A DNA stretch of 64,000 bases, from assembly GCA_963676795.2 (NCBI GenBank), contig CAXXTB010000002.1:1-64000 (forward strand), read 5' to 3'. Position numbers and translations under genes: made by a program. Under the pieces are notes generated by a model. The model was not told the origin of the DNA. It saw only the letters and a list, made by a program, of their open reading frames with translations, and made no database searches. This document shows, in pieces, positions 11,193 to 20,581 of this stretch. The DNA comes from Geopsychrobacteraceae bacterium. Its GTDB lineage: Bacteria; Desulfobacterota; Desulfuromonadia; Desulfuromonadales; Geopsychrobacteraceae. The first letter of the stretch is position 1; every line of letters starts with the position of its first letter.

Positions 11193-11264
11193 AACCACGG
11201 AGATCACAGAGAAAAAACTGCTTAAACAAGAATGAAAACTCTGTGTCCTCCGTGTCTCTGTGGT
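11193..11264. repeat. CACAGAG/CTCTGTG palindromic repeat (solo copy)
   Basis: accacggagatcacagag...ctctgtgtcctccgtgtctctgtggt; same family as the repeats at 54687-58779. Confidence 0.75.
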
Positions 11265-11297
11265 AAAAAGAATGCAGATTTTCAGACAGGGTTGACC

Positions 11298-11873
11298 ATG
11301 AAAAATATTGCCAATTTTCTCTTCGAAGTCGGGATGCTCAAGCGCACGCCGCGGACCGGTTTTCAGTTTCTCGGCTCCGGCGCTCAGTCGGTGGCTGAAC
11401 ACAGCTTCCGTACCGCGATGATCGGCTATGCGCTGGCCCAGCTCGATGGCCAGGCCGATGTCGCCCGGGTCTTGCAGCTCTGCCTGTTTCATGATCTGCC
11501 GGAAGCGCGGATGGGGGATCAGAACTACGTCAACAAGAAGTATGTCACCGTTGACGAGATGAAGGCGGTCGAAGATCTGGCTTGTCAGCTGCCGTTCGGT
11601 GATGACTACCGTGAGACACTCAAGGAATTTATCGCCCGGGATAGTTACGAGGCGAAGCTGGCGCATGACGCCGATCAGCTGGAAATGGTCCTGTCGCTGA
11701 AAGAGCACAAGGACCTTGGTAACCGCTACGCCGATGAGTGGTATCCTTTTTCACGTTTGCGGCTGAAAACTGAGGTGGCTAAAGAACTGGCCGAGACGAT
11801 CTGGGAGACCGATTCGTCGAAGTGGTGGTTTGATGAAGATCAACAATGGTGGATCAATGGGGGGAGGGAGTGA
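11298..11873 (+). CDS. HD-domain hydrolase (HD_3/YfbR-like)
   Basis: LKRTPRTG, SVAEHSFR, LFHDLPEAR and DADQLE motifs. Confidence 0.88.
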   Translation: MKNIANFLFEVGMLKRTPRTGFQFLGSGAQSVAEHSFRTAMIGYALAQLDGQADVARVLQLCLFHDLPEARMGDQNYVNKKYVTVDEMKAVEDLACQLPFGDDYRETLKEFIARDSYEAKLAHDADQLEMVLSLKEHKDLGNRYADEWYPFSRLRLKTEVAKELAETIWETDSSKWWFDEDQQWWINGGRE

Positions 11874-11988
11874 ATGCTTCACCTCATCTGCGTTGTTGTC
11901 GCAGGGTATCCCATCCTCGACGTAGCTCCGTTACGCCTGCGGTGAAATATCCAGCGCCGCCTAGTATCTTAGGCAAATCATTCACTCC
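11867..11988. repeat. REP-like palindromic element (family A, copy 2)
   Basis: Perfect 10-bp terminal IR ggagtgaatg/cattcactcc; core similar to 3092-3215. Confidence 0.6.
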
Positions 11989-12067
11989 TGGGAAGATGGG
12001 TTGTTGGTCTGGCCTCTGATTAAAATCTCTCCCTCCTTAACAAGTTAAGAGCTGTTGTAAGTTGAAT

Positions 12068-12112
12068 CCCTTTTCCCATCGGGGAGAAGGTGCCCGATGG
12101 GCGGATGAGGGG
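12068..12112. repeat. Short REP-like double hairpin
   Basis: ccttttccc-atc-ggggagaagg followed by gccc-gat-gggc, within ccct...aggg. Confidence 0.4.
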
Positions 12113-12226
12113 TAATTTAGTATTTCCTGTTAGCGGTAATGAAACCTGTGCCGCTGACTTGACCCCTTTATCAAATAAATGTTATCTAGTGCCGGCTTAT
12201 AATTGTTGGCTTACAGGAGAAAATAA

Positions 12227-13504
12227 ATGCTTGATATCAGGTATTTGCGGGAAAACTTTGAGGCGGCCGAGGCGGCCCTGTCCAATCGTAGTGGTGCCGT
12301 TGATCTTTCGGCCTTTAAGGAGCTCGATCAGAGCCGGCGTGAGCTGCTGTCTGAGTCGGAAACGCTCAAGGCGGAAAAGAACCGGGTCTCGGCGCTGATC
12401 GGCAAGACCAAGGACAAGAGCACGGTCCAGACCGAGATCGCCCAGATGAAAGAGGTCTCGGCGCGGATCAAGGAGCTGGATGACCAGCTGGCTCAGACCG
12501 AGGACGAGCTGAATGCCCTGCTGATGGGTGTGCCGAACATTCCGCACGAACTCTGTCCGGTCGGCACGTCGGAAGACGACAACCGGGAAGTCCGGACCTG
12601 GGGCGAGAAGCCTGTTTTCGATTTTACCCCTAAAGCGCACTGGGATATCGGTGAGGAGTTGGGAATCCTCGATTTTGAGCGGGCCAGCAAGCTCTCAGGT
12701 GCCCGTTTTGCTCTCTACAAAGGGGCTGGCGCACGTCTTGAACGGGCTTTGATCAACTTCATGCTCGATCTGCACACCACCGAGCATGGTTATACCGAGA
12801 CCTTGCCGCCGTTTCTGGTCAACCGCGCTTCTATGACCGGAACCGGCCAGTTGCCCAAGTTCGAGAGCGATCTGTTTCACACCGAAGATGTCGATCTGTT
12901 CCTGATCCCGACCGCAGAGGTTCCGGTGACCAATATCCACCGTGACGAGATCCTCAGCGAGAAGGACCTGCCGCTCTGCTATACCGCCTACACCCCCTGT
13001 TTCCGCAAGGAGGCCGGTTCTCACGGGCGTGATACCCGCGGCCTGATCCGTCAGCATCAGTTCAACAAGGTCGAGCTGGTCAAGTTCGTTGTGCCGGAAG
13101 AGTCGGACGCCGAACTGGAAAAGCTGTTGAACAACGCTGAAAAGGTTCTGCAATTGCTGCAGATTCCGTACCGTGTTGTCGATCTCTGTACCGGTGACAT
13201 CGGTTTCTCGGCGTCAAGGACCTATGACATTGAAGTCTGGTTGCCGGGGCAGGAATGTTACCGCGAGATATCATCCTGCTCCAACTTCCGTGATTTCCAG
13301 GCGCGCCGTGCGGCGATCCGCTTCCGCCGTGAAGGTGGTGGAAAGCCTGAGCTGGTTCACACCCTGAACGGTTCGGGTTTGGCTGTCGGTCGGACCTTCC
13401 TGGCGGTTCTGGAGAACTATCAACAGGAAGATGGCTCCGTCGTCGTTCCGGATGTTCTGCGCCCCTATATGGGCGGTTTGGAGAAAATTACCCTCGAGGG
13501 ATAA
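12227..13504 (+). CDS. serS: Serine--tRNA ligase
   Basis: [31 protein letters not shown] and [13 protein letters not shown] motifs. Confidence 0.98.
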   Translation: MLDIRYLRENFEAAEAALSNRSGAVDLSAFKELDQSRRELLSESETLKAEKNRVSALIGKTKDKSTVQTEIAQMKEVSARIKELDDQLAQTEDELNALLMGVPNIPHELCPVGTSEDDNREVRTWGEKPVFDFTPKAHWDIGEELGILDFERASKLSGARFALYKGAGARLERALINFMLDLHTTEHGYTETLPPFLVNRASMTGTGQLPKFESDLFHTEDVDLFLIPTAEVPVTNIHRDEILSEKDLPLCYTAYTPCFRKEAGSHGRDTRGLIRQHQFNKVELVKFVVPEESDAELEKLLNNAEKVLQLLQIPYRVVDLCTGDIGFSASRTYDIEVWLPGQECYREISSCSNFRDFQARRAAIRFRREGGGKPELVHTLNGSGLAVGRTFLAVLENYQQEDGSVVVPDVLRPYMGGLEKITLEG

Positions 13505-13632
13505 TTTCCGATGTGCAAATCGGACTGTCTTGCGGCAAGCGGTTGTAAAAATCTTCCGTTTGTCATAAATTGACAGTCCGTTTCGTTTGCTATTTGTTAT
13601 GGTTCTGACGAGGGAGTCGTTGGGGAGGACGT

Positions 13633-13860
13633 ATGGATAAGCATGAGCAGAAGCTGGACAGGCTGAGACCGGGGAAGCGCTGGGCCTTTACAGGGTCAAA
13701 AAAATCGAACGTGATCGGTTTTGCTATTGGTATCTTGCTGATCGCTGCCTACATCGCTTATACCGGTTGGGGGTTCGTTCAGAACGTGAATGAACAGAAG
13801 GCCGCAGCCAATGCTGCGCCACATGTAGAGAACTCAGAGTCAGCGCCAGCTCAAGAATAG
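13633..13860 (+). CDS. Small single-pass membrane protein (hypothetical)
   Basis: Strong RBS ggggagga and one hydrophobic helix. Confidence 0.6.
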   Translation: MDKHEQKLDRLRPGKRWAFTGSKKSNVIGFAIGILLIAAYIAYTGWGFVQNVNEQKAAANAAPHVENSESAPAQE

Positions 13861-13966
13861 TTGGCGGTATGAAAAAAAAGATGCGAAAATGCCCTTGCTT
13901 TTTGATCTGATTTTCGTTATCTTCCCAAAGTTTTTCGGCCAAGGCTGAAATCGGCCGGATTCATGC

Positions 13967-14052
13967 GGAGGAGTGGCCGAGTGGTTTAAGGCGGCGGTCT
14001 TGAAAACCGTTGTACGAAAGTACCGTGGGTTCGAATCCTACCTCCTCCGCCA
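13967..14052 (+). tRNA. tRNA-Ser(TGA)
   Basis: Cloverleaf with anticodon loop ct-tga-aa, long variable arm and encoded CCA. Confidence 0.97.
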
Positions 14053-14073
14053 TTTACATAGTTTGCTCAATTT

Positions 14074-14209
14074 GGATTCGAAGCGGAGCGAACGCTGACT
14101 AAATGTCAGAAGAGCGGACGGGATGTCCGCGGCAGAGAGCGCAGGGGAGCCGACGCAGGAACCACCCGGATGGTGGTGACGAAGTGGGCGAATCCTACCT
14201 CCTCCGCCA
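14074..14209 (+). repeat. tRNA-linked repeat ending in a duplicate of the tRNA-Ser(TGA) 3' end
   Basis: 14189-14209 is identical to 14032-14052; the body is homologous to 29753-29890. Confidence 0.85.
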
Positions 14210-14237
14210 TATGAAAAAAATGAATATCGTTGTGAAT

Positions 14238-14329
14238 GGAGAGGTGACCGAGAGGCCGAAGGTGCTCGCCTGCTAAGCGAGTGTTCTGGGAAACCGGGAC
14301 CCGGGGTTCGAATCCCCGCCTCTCCGCCA
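14238..14329 (+). tRNA. tRNA-Ser(GCT)
   Basis: Anticodon arm ctcgc-ctgctaa-gcgag, long variable arm, CCA. Confidence 0.97.
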
Positions 14330-14373
14330 CTAACGATAGTTAAAATGAGTGGCAAAAAAATTCGAAAAAGAAG

Positions 14374-14402
14374 TTGACAAAGTTTCGGATTTAAGCGATA
14401 AA
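14374..14402 (+). promoter_or_regulatory. Probable sigma70 promoter of tRNA-Arg
   Basis: Perfect TTGACA, 17-nt spacer, GATAAA, with an A-rich upstream region. Confidence 0.5.
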
Positions 14403-14415
14403 GCTGCTCTCTTAA

Positions 14416-14492
<77 letters not shown>

Positions 14493-14501
14493 TTTAAAAT
14501 T

Positions 14502-14536
14502 AGGCACTTAGCTTATTTAAGCTGAGTGCCTTTTTT
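14502..14536 (+). terminator. Intrinsic terminator after tRNA-Arg
   Basis: aggcacttagctt/aagctgagtgcct stem followed by a T run. Confidence 0.8.
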
Positions 14537-14598
14537 GTTTTTTAGATTTTCTCTACAACCTTTGTTGGCCCCTGTTGTACATACCAATCCATCAATCC

Positions 14599-14645
14599 AA
14601 AAAAAACAGAAGCTCCAGAACAGCTGAGGGCCATTCTGGAGCTTC
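14599..14645 (-). terminator. Orphan intrinsic terminator on the minus strand
   Basis: Perfect 12-bp stem gaagctccagaa/ttctggagcttc followed on the minus strand by TG and 8 T. Confidence 0.7.
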
Positions 14646-15148
14646 GGCGGTACGCGGCGAGCTGATCTGATACAGCTGGTAACGGTTGCAGAAGCATAAT
14701 CTTCATCTTTGATGATTGTTCTCATTTCTGATGATATTAAGATCTGCGCTCGTTCATTTCATCATTTGTCATTCTGGACAACAAATGATGCCGCCGTCTG
14801 TTTCAAAATCCGATTTATTATATCGGTTTTGATAATCGTGGCACTCTCCCTGGGGAGACGTGGCTGGACAATGGTTTAACCTATTATCCACCTCGCTTTG
14901 CCATGATCTGCCGCGTGATGTAATTGTATCAACGATCGCTGGTTTCTCAAGCGGGTCCTCAATTTTGTTCAGGTAAAAATTTCTTTAGTCGTATTTTCAG
15001 GACGGTTCAGCCCGAAGGTGAGAATTATTTTGTGGTTGACTAAGTATTGGCGATGGCTAATAATCGATCTTCTGTAATTTTTTACTGTGTATGTATGTTT
15101 GCTGACGCCACAATATGATGTTGTGTACAAATCCAGGGTGTATATCAG

Positions 15149-16186
15149 ATGAGCGATTCTTCGAATTTATCTGAAAATTGTCCGGAGTCATTGCCGGAAG
15201 ATTATCTGCAGTTGAAGCTTGTTTGTGAGGAACAGCTGCGGACCATAAAGGCCCTTGAAACTGCGTTGGGAGAGGCCGGGCATCAGCAGTTAATGGCAGA
15301 ATTTGAAAGTCTGGAGATGAATCAGATTCTCTCGGCAACTGCGGATCCGATCTGGGTAATCCGTGAAGATGGTGACATCATTCGGGCCAATGATGCGATG
15401 TTGAAAGTGCTGGGCAAGGATTTGTCTGAAATTGTTGGCCGGAAGTGTTCTGAATTTATTTGTTGCGGTCATTGCGAGGACGGTGACTGTCCGCTGAAGA
15501 AAATTAAAAGTCGTAAAAGCCAGGAATTCGAGATCTGCATTGAAGACGAGTGCTACAGTCTGGCTACCTCTCCACTGGCGACAATTGTCGGTACGGGAGC
15601 TGTCGTCGGGCATTTCAGGAATATCACTCTGCGTAAGCAGGCTGAGCGGAAACTGGAAGAGCTGAACAGGAAACTTTCTGAGGCCGCGAATATCGATGGT
15701 CTGACCCAGATCGCCAATCGTCGTGCGTTCGATACCCAGCTGCTGAAGGAATGGTCGCGCCTCAAGCGTAGCCAGAATTGCCTGTCCCTGGTCTTGATCG
15801 ATATCGATTACTTCAAAAAATATAATGATCATTATGGTCACTCAGCCGGCGATGATTGCCTCAAGCAGGTTGCCTCAGCCTTGAAGTTTGCGGTTTTGCG
15901 CCCGGTTGACCTGGCCGCACGCTATGGGGGCGAGGAGTTTGTCCTGTTATTACCTGAAACTCCCCTGGAAGGTGCTCTTGCTGTGGCGCAGAGGGCTGCT
16001 GAGGCTGTTGCGGAACTCAGGCTGGCTCATGATGAGTCGGATGTTTCTGATTATGTCACTATCAGTCAGGGTGCCGCCTGCATTGCTCCGGTTGAAGATT
16101 TAACGCCCATCGATCTCATCAATCTGGCCGATAAAGCTCTGTACATGTCAAAGGAACAGGGGCGCAATCGCTGTACGGGGGTGTAG
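15149..16186 (+). CDS. PAS-domain diguanylate cyclase
   Basis: PAS domain, DGLTQIANRR, DIDYFKKYNDHYGH, RPVD I-site and GGEEF. Confidence 0.93.
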   Translation: MSDSSNLSENCPESLPEDYLQLKLVCEEQLRTIKALETALGEAGHQQLMAEFESLEMNQILSATADPIWVIREDGDIIRANDAMLKVLGKDLSEIVGRKCSEFICCGHCEDGDCPLKKIKSRKSQEFEICIEDECYSLATSPLATIVGTGAVVGHFRNITLRKQAERKLEELNRKLSEAANIDGLTQIANRRAFDTQLLKEWSRLKRSQNCLSLVLIDIDYFKKYNDHYGHSAGDDCLKQVASALKFAVLRPVDLAARYGGEEFVLLLPETPLEGALAVAQRAAEAVAELRLAHDESDVSDYVTISQGAACIAPVEDLTPIDLINLADKALYMSKEQGRNRCTGV

Positions 16187-16230
16187 TCAATTGTCCGGGA
16201 CCACGATTACTGATCAGATATGCCTGCCGG

Positions 16231-16279
16231 ATGAAAATGAATGTCAATATTTACAAATGGCGTTTTACTGATTTAGAAT
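16231..16279 (+). promoter_or_regulatory. Fur-like box adjacent to a sigma70-like promoter
   Basis: atgaaaatgaatgtcaa has 2 mismatches to WTGAAAATnATTTTCAW; followed by TTTACA-18nt-TAGAAT. Confidence 0.45.
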
Positions 16280-16363
16280 CAAACCAGAGTGAATCCTTTA
16301 AGGTAACGAAGTTCGGTATGCTTTTATTTTCTCAGGAGATGAAAGCGTTCAAGGGAGAACGTT

Positions 16364-17338
16364 ATGGAACTCTGTTTTGACATTGCCCATCTTGCCCATG
16401 TCGAGATGTACACAGATAAATTCGATGAAAGCCTCGATTTCTTTACCAGGGTCTACGGTCTGTCATTGTCGGCCCGGGATGAGAATTCCGCCTACCTGCG
16501 GGCCTGGGACGACTACGAATTTCATAGCCTGAAGCTGACCCGGCATCATACCACCGGTGTCGGTCATATCGCCTACCGGACCTCCTCTGAGGAAGCGCTG
16601 AAACGTCGGGTCGCCGTAATCGAAGAGAGCGGCTATGAGGTGATCGGTTGGGTCGACGGCGATCTCGGCCATGGCAGGGCCTTTCGCTTCGCCGACCCGT
16701 TTGGCCACGTCTTTGAGATCTATTGGGACACTGTCCGTTTTGTGCCATCAGCCGAGGAAGCACCGGCGCTGAAGAATCTCGCCCAACGCTACCATGGTCG
16801 GGGGACGGCACCGCGCCGGATCGATCATCTCAACCTGCTGGCCGAAGATGTCTCTGTTTTCAAGCATTTCATGGAGACCTGTCTCGGTTCGCGGGTCACT
16901 GAGATGATCCAGCTCGATAACGGCCGCATCGGCGGGGCCTGGTTTACCGTTAATAACAAGACCTACGACCTGGCCTGTACTGAGGAACATGGCGGCGGCT
17001 ACGGGCGCTTGCATCATGTGACCTACGCAACCGATACGCGTGAGGAAATTCTGCGCGCTGCCGACATCTTCCTCGAGAATGGCGTCTATATCGAAACCGG
17101 ACCGCACAAGCATGCCATTCAGGGAACCTTCTTCCTCTATGTCTGGGAACCGGCCGGCAACCGGGTCGAACTGGCAAACTCAGGAGCACGGCTGATTCTT
17201 GCTCCCGACTGGCAGACGGTGGTCTGGACCGAAGATGAGCGGAAGAAGGGGCAGGCCTGGGGGCTGAAGACGATCGCGTCCTTTCATACCCACGGCACCC
17301 CGCCGGTGGCGAAGAAGGAAGAGCGTAGCGTGGTTTAG
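16364..17338 (+). CDS. Catechol 2,3-dioxygenase (type I extradiol, VOC fold)
   Basis: AHLAHVE, YLRAWDD, RIDHLNL, GRLHHV, GPHKHAI and YVWEPAGNRVEL (His/His/Glu metal ligands). Confidence 0.88.
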   Translation: MELCFDIAHLAHVEMYTDKFDESLDFFTRVYGLSLSARDENSAYLRAWDDYEFHSLKLTRHHTTGVGHIAYRTSSEEALKRRVAVIEESGYEVIGWVDGDLGHGRAFRFADPFGHVFEIYWDTVRFVPSAEEAPALKNLAQRYHGRGTAPRRIDHLNLLAEDVSVFKHFMETCLGSRVTEMIQLDNGRIGGAWFTVNNKTYDLACTEEHGGGYGRLHHVTYATDTREEILRAADIFLENGVYIETGPHKHAIQGTFFLYVWEPAGNRVELANSGARLILAPDWQTVVWTEDERKKGQAWGLKTIASFHTHGTPPVAKKEERSVV

Positions 17339-17442
17339 CTTCCGCGTACCCCCTTGCTGGGCTGTCATTCTGTCGTTAGGGTTGGCGCCGAGCCGGTAAC
17401 TTCTGTTATGATCGGCCAGAATTTTGCCGTGAGTGACAGAGC

Positions 17443-19671
17443 TTGAGCGTGATCAGAGAATTTCTTCAAAAAGAACGTGGCCGGCTGGTTGATATCCATC
17501 AGGAGGCTTATCCCCTCGATGAGCCCTTTATCGATTTTGCCGGCCATTTCGGCGATTGTCCCGGTACTGTCCTGCTGCTCAGCGGTGGACAAGGGGACTG
17601 CGCCCGTTACCATGTCCTCGGGCTTTTCCCCGACCTGATCCTGACCGGTTCCGGGCAGAATATTACTTTGCGACTCACAACCGAAACAGGCGGTTCAGCT
17701 GAGGAGTTCAGTGCCGATCCGTTCACAGCTCTTGAGCAGCTTCTTGCCCATTTCAGCTGTCCACAGGATAAATCCTTTACCCCACTTTCCAGCGGCCTGC
17801 TCGGCTATCTGGCTTACGATCTGAAGGATCAGCTCGAGCGCCTGCCGCGCACAACGGTCGATCCCTGGGGCTTGCCGGAACTCTATTTTGTTCTGCCGCG
17901 CGCCATTCTTGTTCAGGATCTGTATAGCGGTGAGACGAGGCTCCATATTCCCCGCTTCGAAAAGATGGCCTTCAGGCCTGAGCAGATCAAGTCCGACCTG
18001 TTGAGTGCATCGAGGCGGCCCGCTGGTCGCTGCATGCTCGGCAAGGTTACTTCGACTACCTCGCACCGACTGTTCATCCGTCATATCGACGGAATCCGTG
18101 AGCGGATTCGCCAGGGGCAGGTCTACCAGGTCAATTATTCGCAGCAGTTTCAGGGGAGTTTCGACGGGTCGGCCTTTGCCCTGTTTGAAAATATGTTTGA
18201 ACGTAATCCCGCCCCCTTTTACGCATTTATCAATGCCGGCGATCATCAGATCGTTTCGACCTCTCCGGAGCGTTTTATCTGTCAGAACGGGTCCTCTGTC
18301 GAGACGCGGCCGATCAAGGGGACGCGGCCACGTGGCGAGGTTGTCCGGGAAGATGACGCCCTGCGCAATGATTTGCTGAGTAGTGAGAAGGATGATGCCG
18401 AACTGGCGATGATTGTCGATCTGATGCGTAACGACCTGGGAAAGGTCTGCCAGCTCGGCTCAGTCAGGGTCCGGGAGCATAAACGGATTGAGAGCTATCG
18501 TAACGTCCACCACATGGTGTCGATTGTCGATGGGGTCCTGGCGGCTGAAAAATCAGCTGTTGATCTGCTCAGGGCCAGTTTTCCCGGGGGATCGATCACC
18601 GGCTGCCCGAAGATCAGCGCCATGCGGGTGATCGATGAGTTGGAAGGGGCGCGGCGGCACATATATACGGGTTCTATCGGTTACCTGAGTTTTCATCAGA
18701 CCATGGACCTGTCGATAGCCATCCGTACAGCGACCATTTTCAATAGTGGAATCCGTTTCTCGACCGGTGGCGGGATCGTCTACGACTCCGATCCACAGAG
18801 CGAGTTTGAAGAAACCCTGCATAAAGCGCAGAGTTTTTTTGAACAGGAATCATCAGTGAACAATTTTCCTCAAAAATACGTGTGGTTGAATGGCCAGATT
18901 CTGCCCCAGGATGAAGCGTTGCTGCCCGTTCAGAGTGGTGCTTTCCAGTATGGCTATGGCCTGTTTGAAACGCTCAAGGTGGTTGCTGGAGAGGTTCAGT
19001 ACCTCGCTGAACACCTGGGGCGCCTGGAGTCGGGGTGGCGCCAGCTGTACCGTTCTGCATTTCCCGATCTCGATTGGCGTGAGGTCGCTGCTCAACTGCT
19101 CAGCTATAACGGCCTGGAAAACGCTACCGTCGCAATGAAGATCGTGGCCGGAAAAGCCGCTGAAACCTCAGCGGCCGAGGTTGATCTGATCTCTACGGTC
19201 AGACCCTATCGCCACCGCCTTGAGGGGCGCCAGGAGAAGGGGCTGCACCTCGGTGTCTATTCTGAACCACGCCAGAGCCCGCTCGCCGATCTGAAGTCGC
19301 TGAATCACCTCTATTATATCCGGGCCGGGGAGTGGGCTGCGCAAAACGGGTTCGACGAAGCCCTGGTTCTCAATCCGGACGGATCTGTTTCCGAAGGGAA
19401 CAGTACCAACCTTCTGCTCATAGAGGGGCAGACGGTTGTTATTCCTGAGTCTGAACATGCTCTTGGCGGGATCATGCAGTCTGTTGTCCTGCGTGCATTG
19501 GAGGTCTATGGCTACACTCCTGTCTGTAGGAGAGTCCTTCCTGAAGAGCTCAAACAGGCTGATCAGGTGTTGATCTGCAATTCTCTGCTTGGAGTTGTCC
19601 CAGCCTTGTCGCTGAATGGTGCTCTGCTCAAATCGGAACCAGGCTTTTGTGAAGATTTAAATATTCAATAA
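17443..19671 (+). CDS. pabB: Aminodeoxychorismate synthase component I fused to class IV aminotransferase/ADC lyase (PabB-PabC)
   Basis: SPERF, TRPIKGT, ELAMIVDLMRNDLG and FPGGSITGCPK, then YGYGLFET, LKSLNH and EGNSTN. Start position uncertain. Confidence 0.88.
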   Translation: MSVIREFLQKERGRLVDIHQEAYPLDEPFIDFAGHFGDCPGTVLLLSGGQGDCARYHVLGLFPDLILTGSGQNITLRLTTETGGSAEEFSADPFTALEQLLAHFSCPQDKSFTPLSSGLLGYLAYDLKDQLERLPRTTVDPWGLPELYFVLPRAILVQDLYSGETRLHIPRFEKMAFRPEQIKSDLLSASRRPAGRCMLGKVTSTTSHRLFIRHIDGIRERIRQGQVYQVNYSQQFQGSFDGSAFALFENMFERNPAPFYAFINAGDHQIVSTSPERFICQNGSSVETRPIKGTRPRGEVVREDDALRNDLLSSEKDDAELAMIVDLMRNDLGKVCQLGSVRVREHKRIESYRNVHHMVSIVDGVLAAEKSAVDLLRASFPGGSITGCPKISAMRVIDELEGARRHIYTGSIGYLSFHQTMDLSIAIRTATIFNSGIRFSTGGGIVYDSDPQSEFEETLHKAQSFFEQESSVNNFPQKYVWLNGQILPQDEALLPVQSGAFQYGYGLFETLKVVAGEVQYLAEHLGRLESGWRQLYRSAFPDLDWREVAAQLLSYNGLENATVAMKIVAGKAAETSAAEVDLISTVRPYRHRLEGRQEKGLHLGVYSEPRQSPLADLKSLNHLYYIRAGEWAAQNGFDEALVLNPDGSVSEGNSTNLLLIEGQTVVIPESEHALGGIMQSVVLRALEVYGYTPVCRRVLPEELKQADQVLICNSLLGVVPALSLNGALLKSEPGFCEDLNIQ

Positions 19672-19696
19672 TATCAATTATTCATTAATATTTTCC

Positions 19697-19749
19697 TTTA
19701 CAAAACTTTACCTTCCTTAAGTTCACTTTACCCAAATTTTTTCTATACT
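19697..19749 (+). promoter_or_regulatory. Phased TTTAC direct repeats (OmpR/CpxR-type box) and -10 TATACT
   Basis: TTTAC at 19697, 19707 and 19727, which reads GTAAA-N5-GTAAA on the minus strand. Confidence 0.4.
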
Positions 19750-19817
19750 CGGCCCATTGATATCGCGCTTGTGTAAAAAATTACCATTACTGTATAACGT
19801 CGAGCAAGGAGCCGAAA

Positions 19818-20351
19818 ATGAGTTTCAAGAATATTGCCCGTCAGTGGATTACCCCGATTACCCTGGGGAGTTTCATCGTCAGTGCCGTTACCGGGATTCT
19901 GCTGATCTTTCACATCAAGAGTGGATTTATCATCTGGTCACATGAGTGGCTGAGTCTGGTCTTTGTCGCCGGAGGTGTTCTGCATGCCCTGATCAACTTC
20001 AAACCGTTGAAGACTTCAGTCGTGCGTATCAAAGGAGCGGTCATTGTCGTCGCCTTTATCGCTGTGACCGGGGTTGCACTGTTCTCTCAAGGGCAGGCTG
20101 TGACCGGTGGCAGCCATGGTGGCGGACGCGGCGGATTTGCCGGTGGCGGGTCGCCGGTCGGGAAGATGTTTGTCGCCATGGGGAATCTGCCGATTTCAAC
20201 CCTCGCTGAGGCAACCGGTCATACTCAGGATGAGCTGGTCGCGACCCTGGCATCGAACCATATCGCTGTCACCAGCCAATCGCAGACTCTTGCCGAGCTG
20301 GCCAGCCAGAATGGAACCCAGTCTGCCGATCTGCTTAAGCTGGTTTTGTAA
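19818..20351 (+). CDS. DUF4405-like membrane protein
   Basis: VSAVTGILL...HEWLSLVFV...LHALINFK pattern with conserved His residues; Gly-rich linker. Confidence 0.7.
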   Translation: MSFKNIARQWITPITLGSFIVSAVTGILLIFHIKSGFIIWSHEWLSLVFVAGGVLHALINFKPLKTSVVRIKGAVIVVAFIAVTGVALFSQGQAVTGGSHGGGRGGFAGGGSPVGKMFVAMGNLPISTLAEATGHTQDELVATLASNHIAVTSQSQTLAELASQNGTQSADLLKLVL

Positions 20352-20410
20352 GTTGTCGTTTAAATTTCAGGTAGCACGCGCGGCAAGAAGTTTGTTAAGC
20401 GATGCGAGAA

Positions 20411-20454
20411 GCCTGGATTCCTGTGGTTCCATGACGGGAATTCAGGCATTTTTT
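20411..20454 (+). terminator. Probable intrinsic terminator
   Basis: gcctggattcctgt/acgggaattcaggc stem followed by a T run. Confidence 0.55.
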
Positions 20455-20581
20455 GACTCTGAGAAAGCTTTAGCGTGAGGAGCAGGTTTTGGATTTCTTT
20501 CCCGGCTGATGAAATGGTTCTCTTCCGTTGAGGATATAACGTATACTGTGATCCATACCATAAATGAGTAAGGGGGTGCGG

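Noticed and set aside
14032..14209. 157-bp period shared with the 58359-58779 tandem
   Set aside because: The sequences are unrelated apart from the mini-hairpin motif; treated as coincidence.
14038..14355. ORFs antisense to tRNAs (also 22595-22807 and 29386-29694)
   Set aside because: MAERxxFE-type peptides are typical antisense-tRNA artefacts.
14800..15148. Cyclic-dinucleotide (GEMM) riboswitch upstream of the diguanylate cyclase
   Set aside because: No recognisable GEMM core motifs by eye; an Rfam scan would be needed to exclude it.
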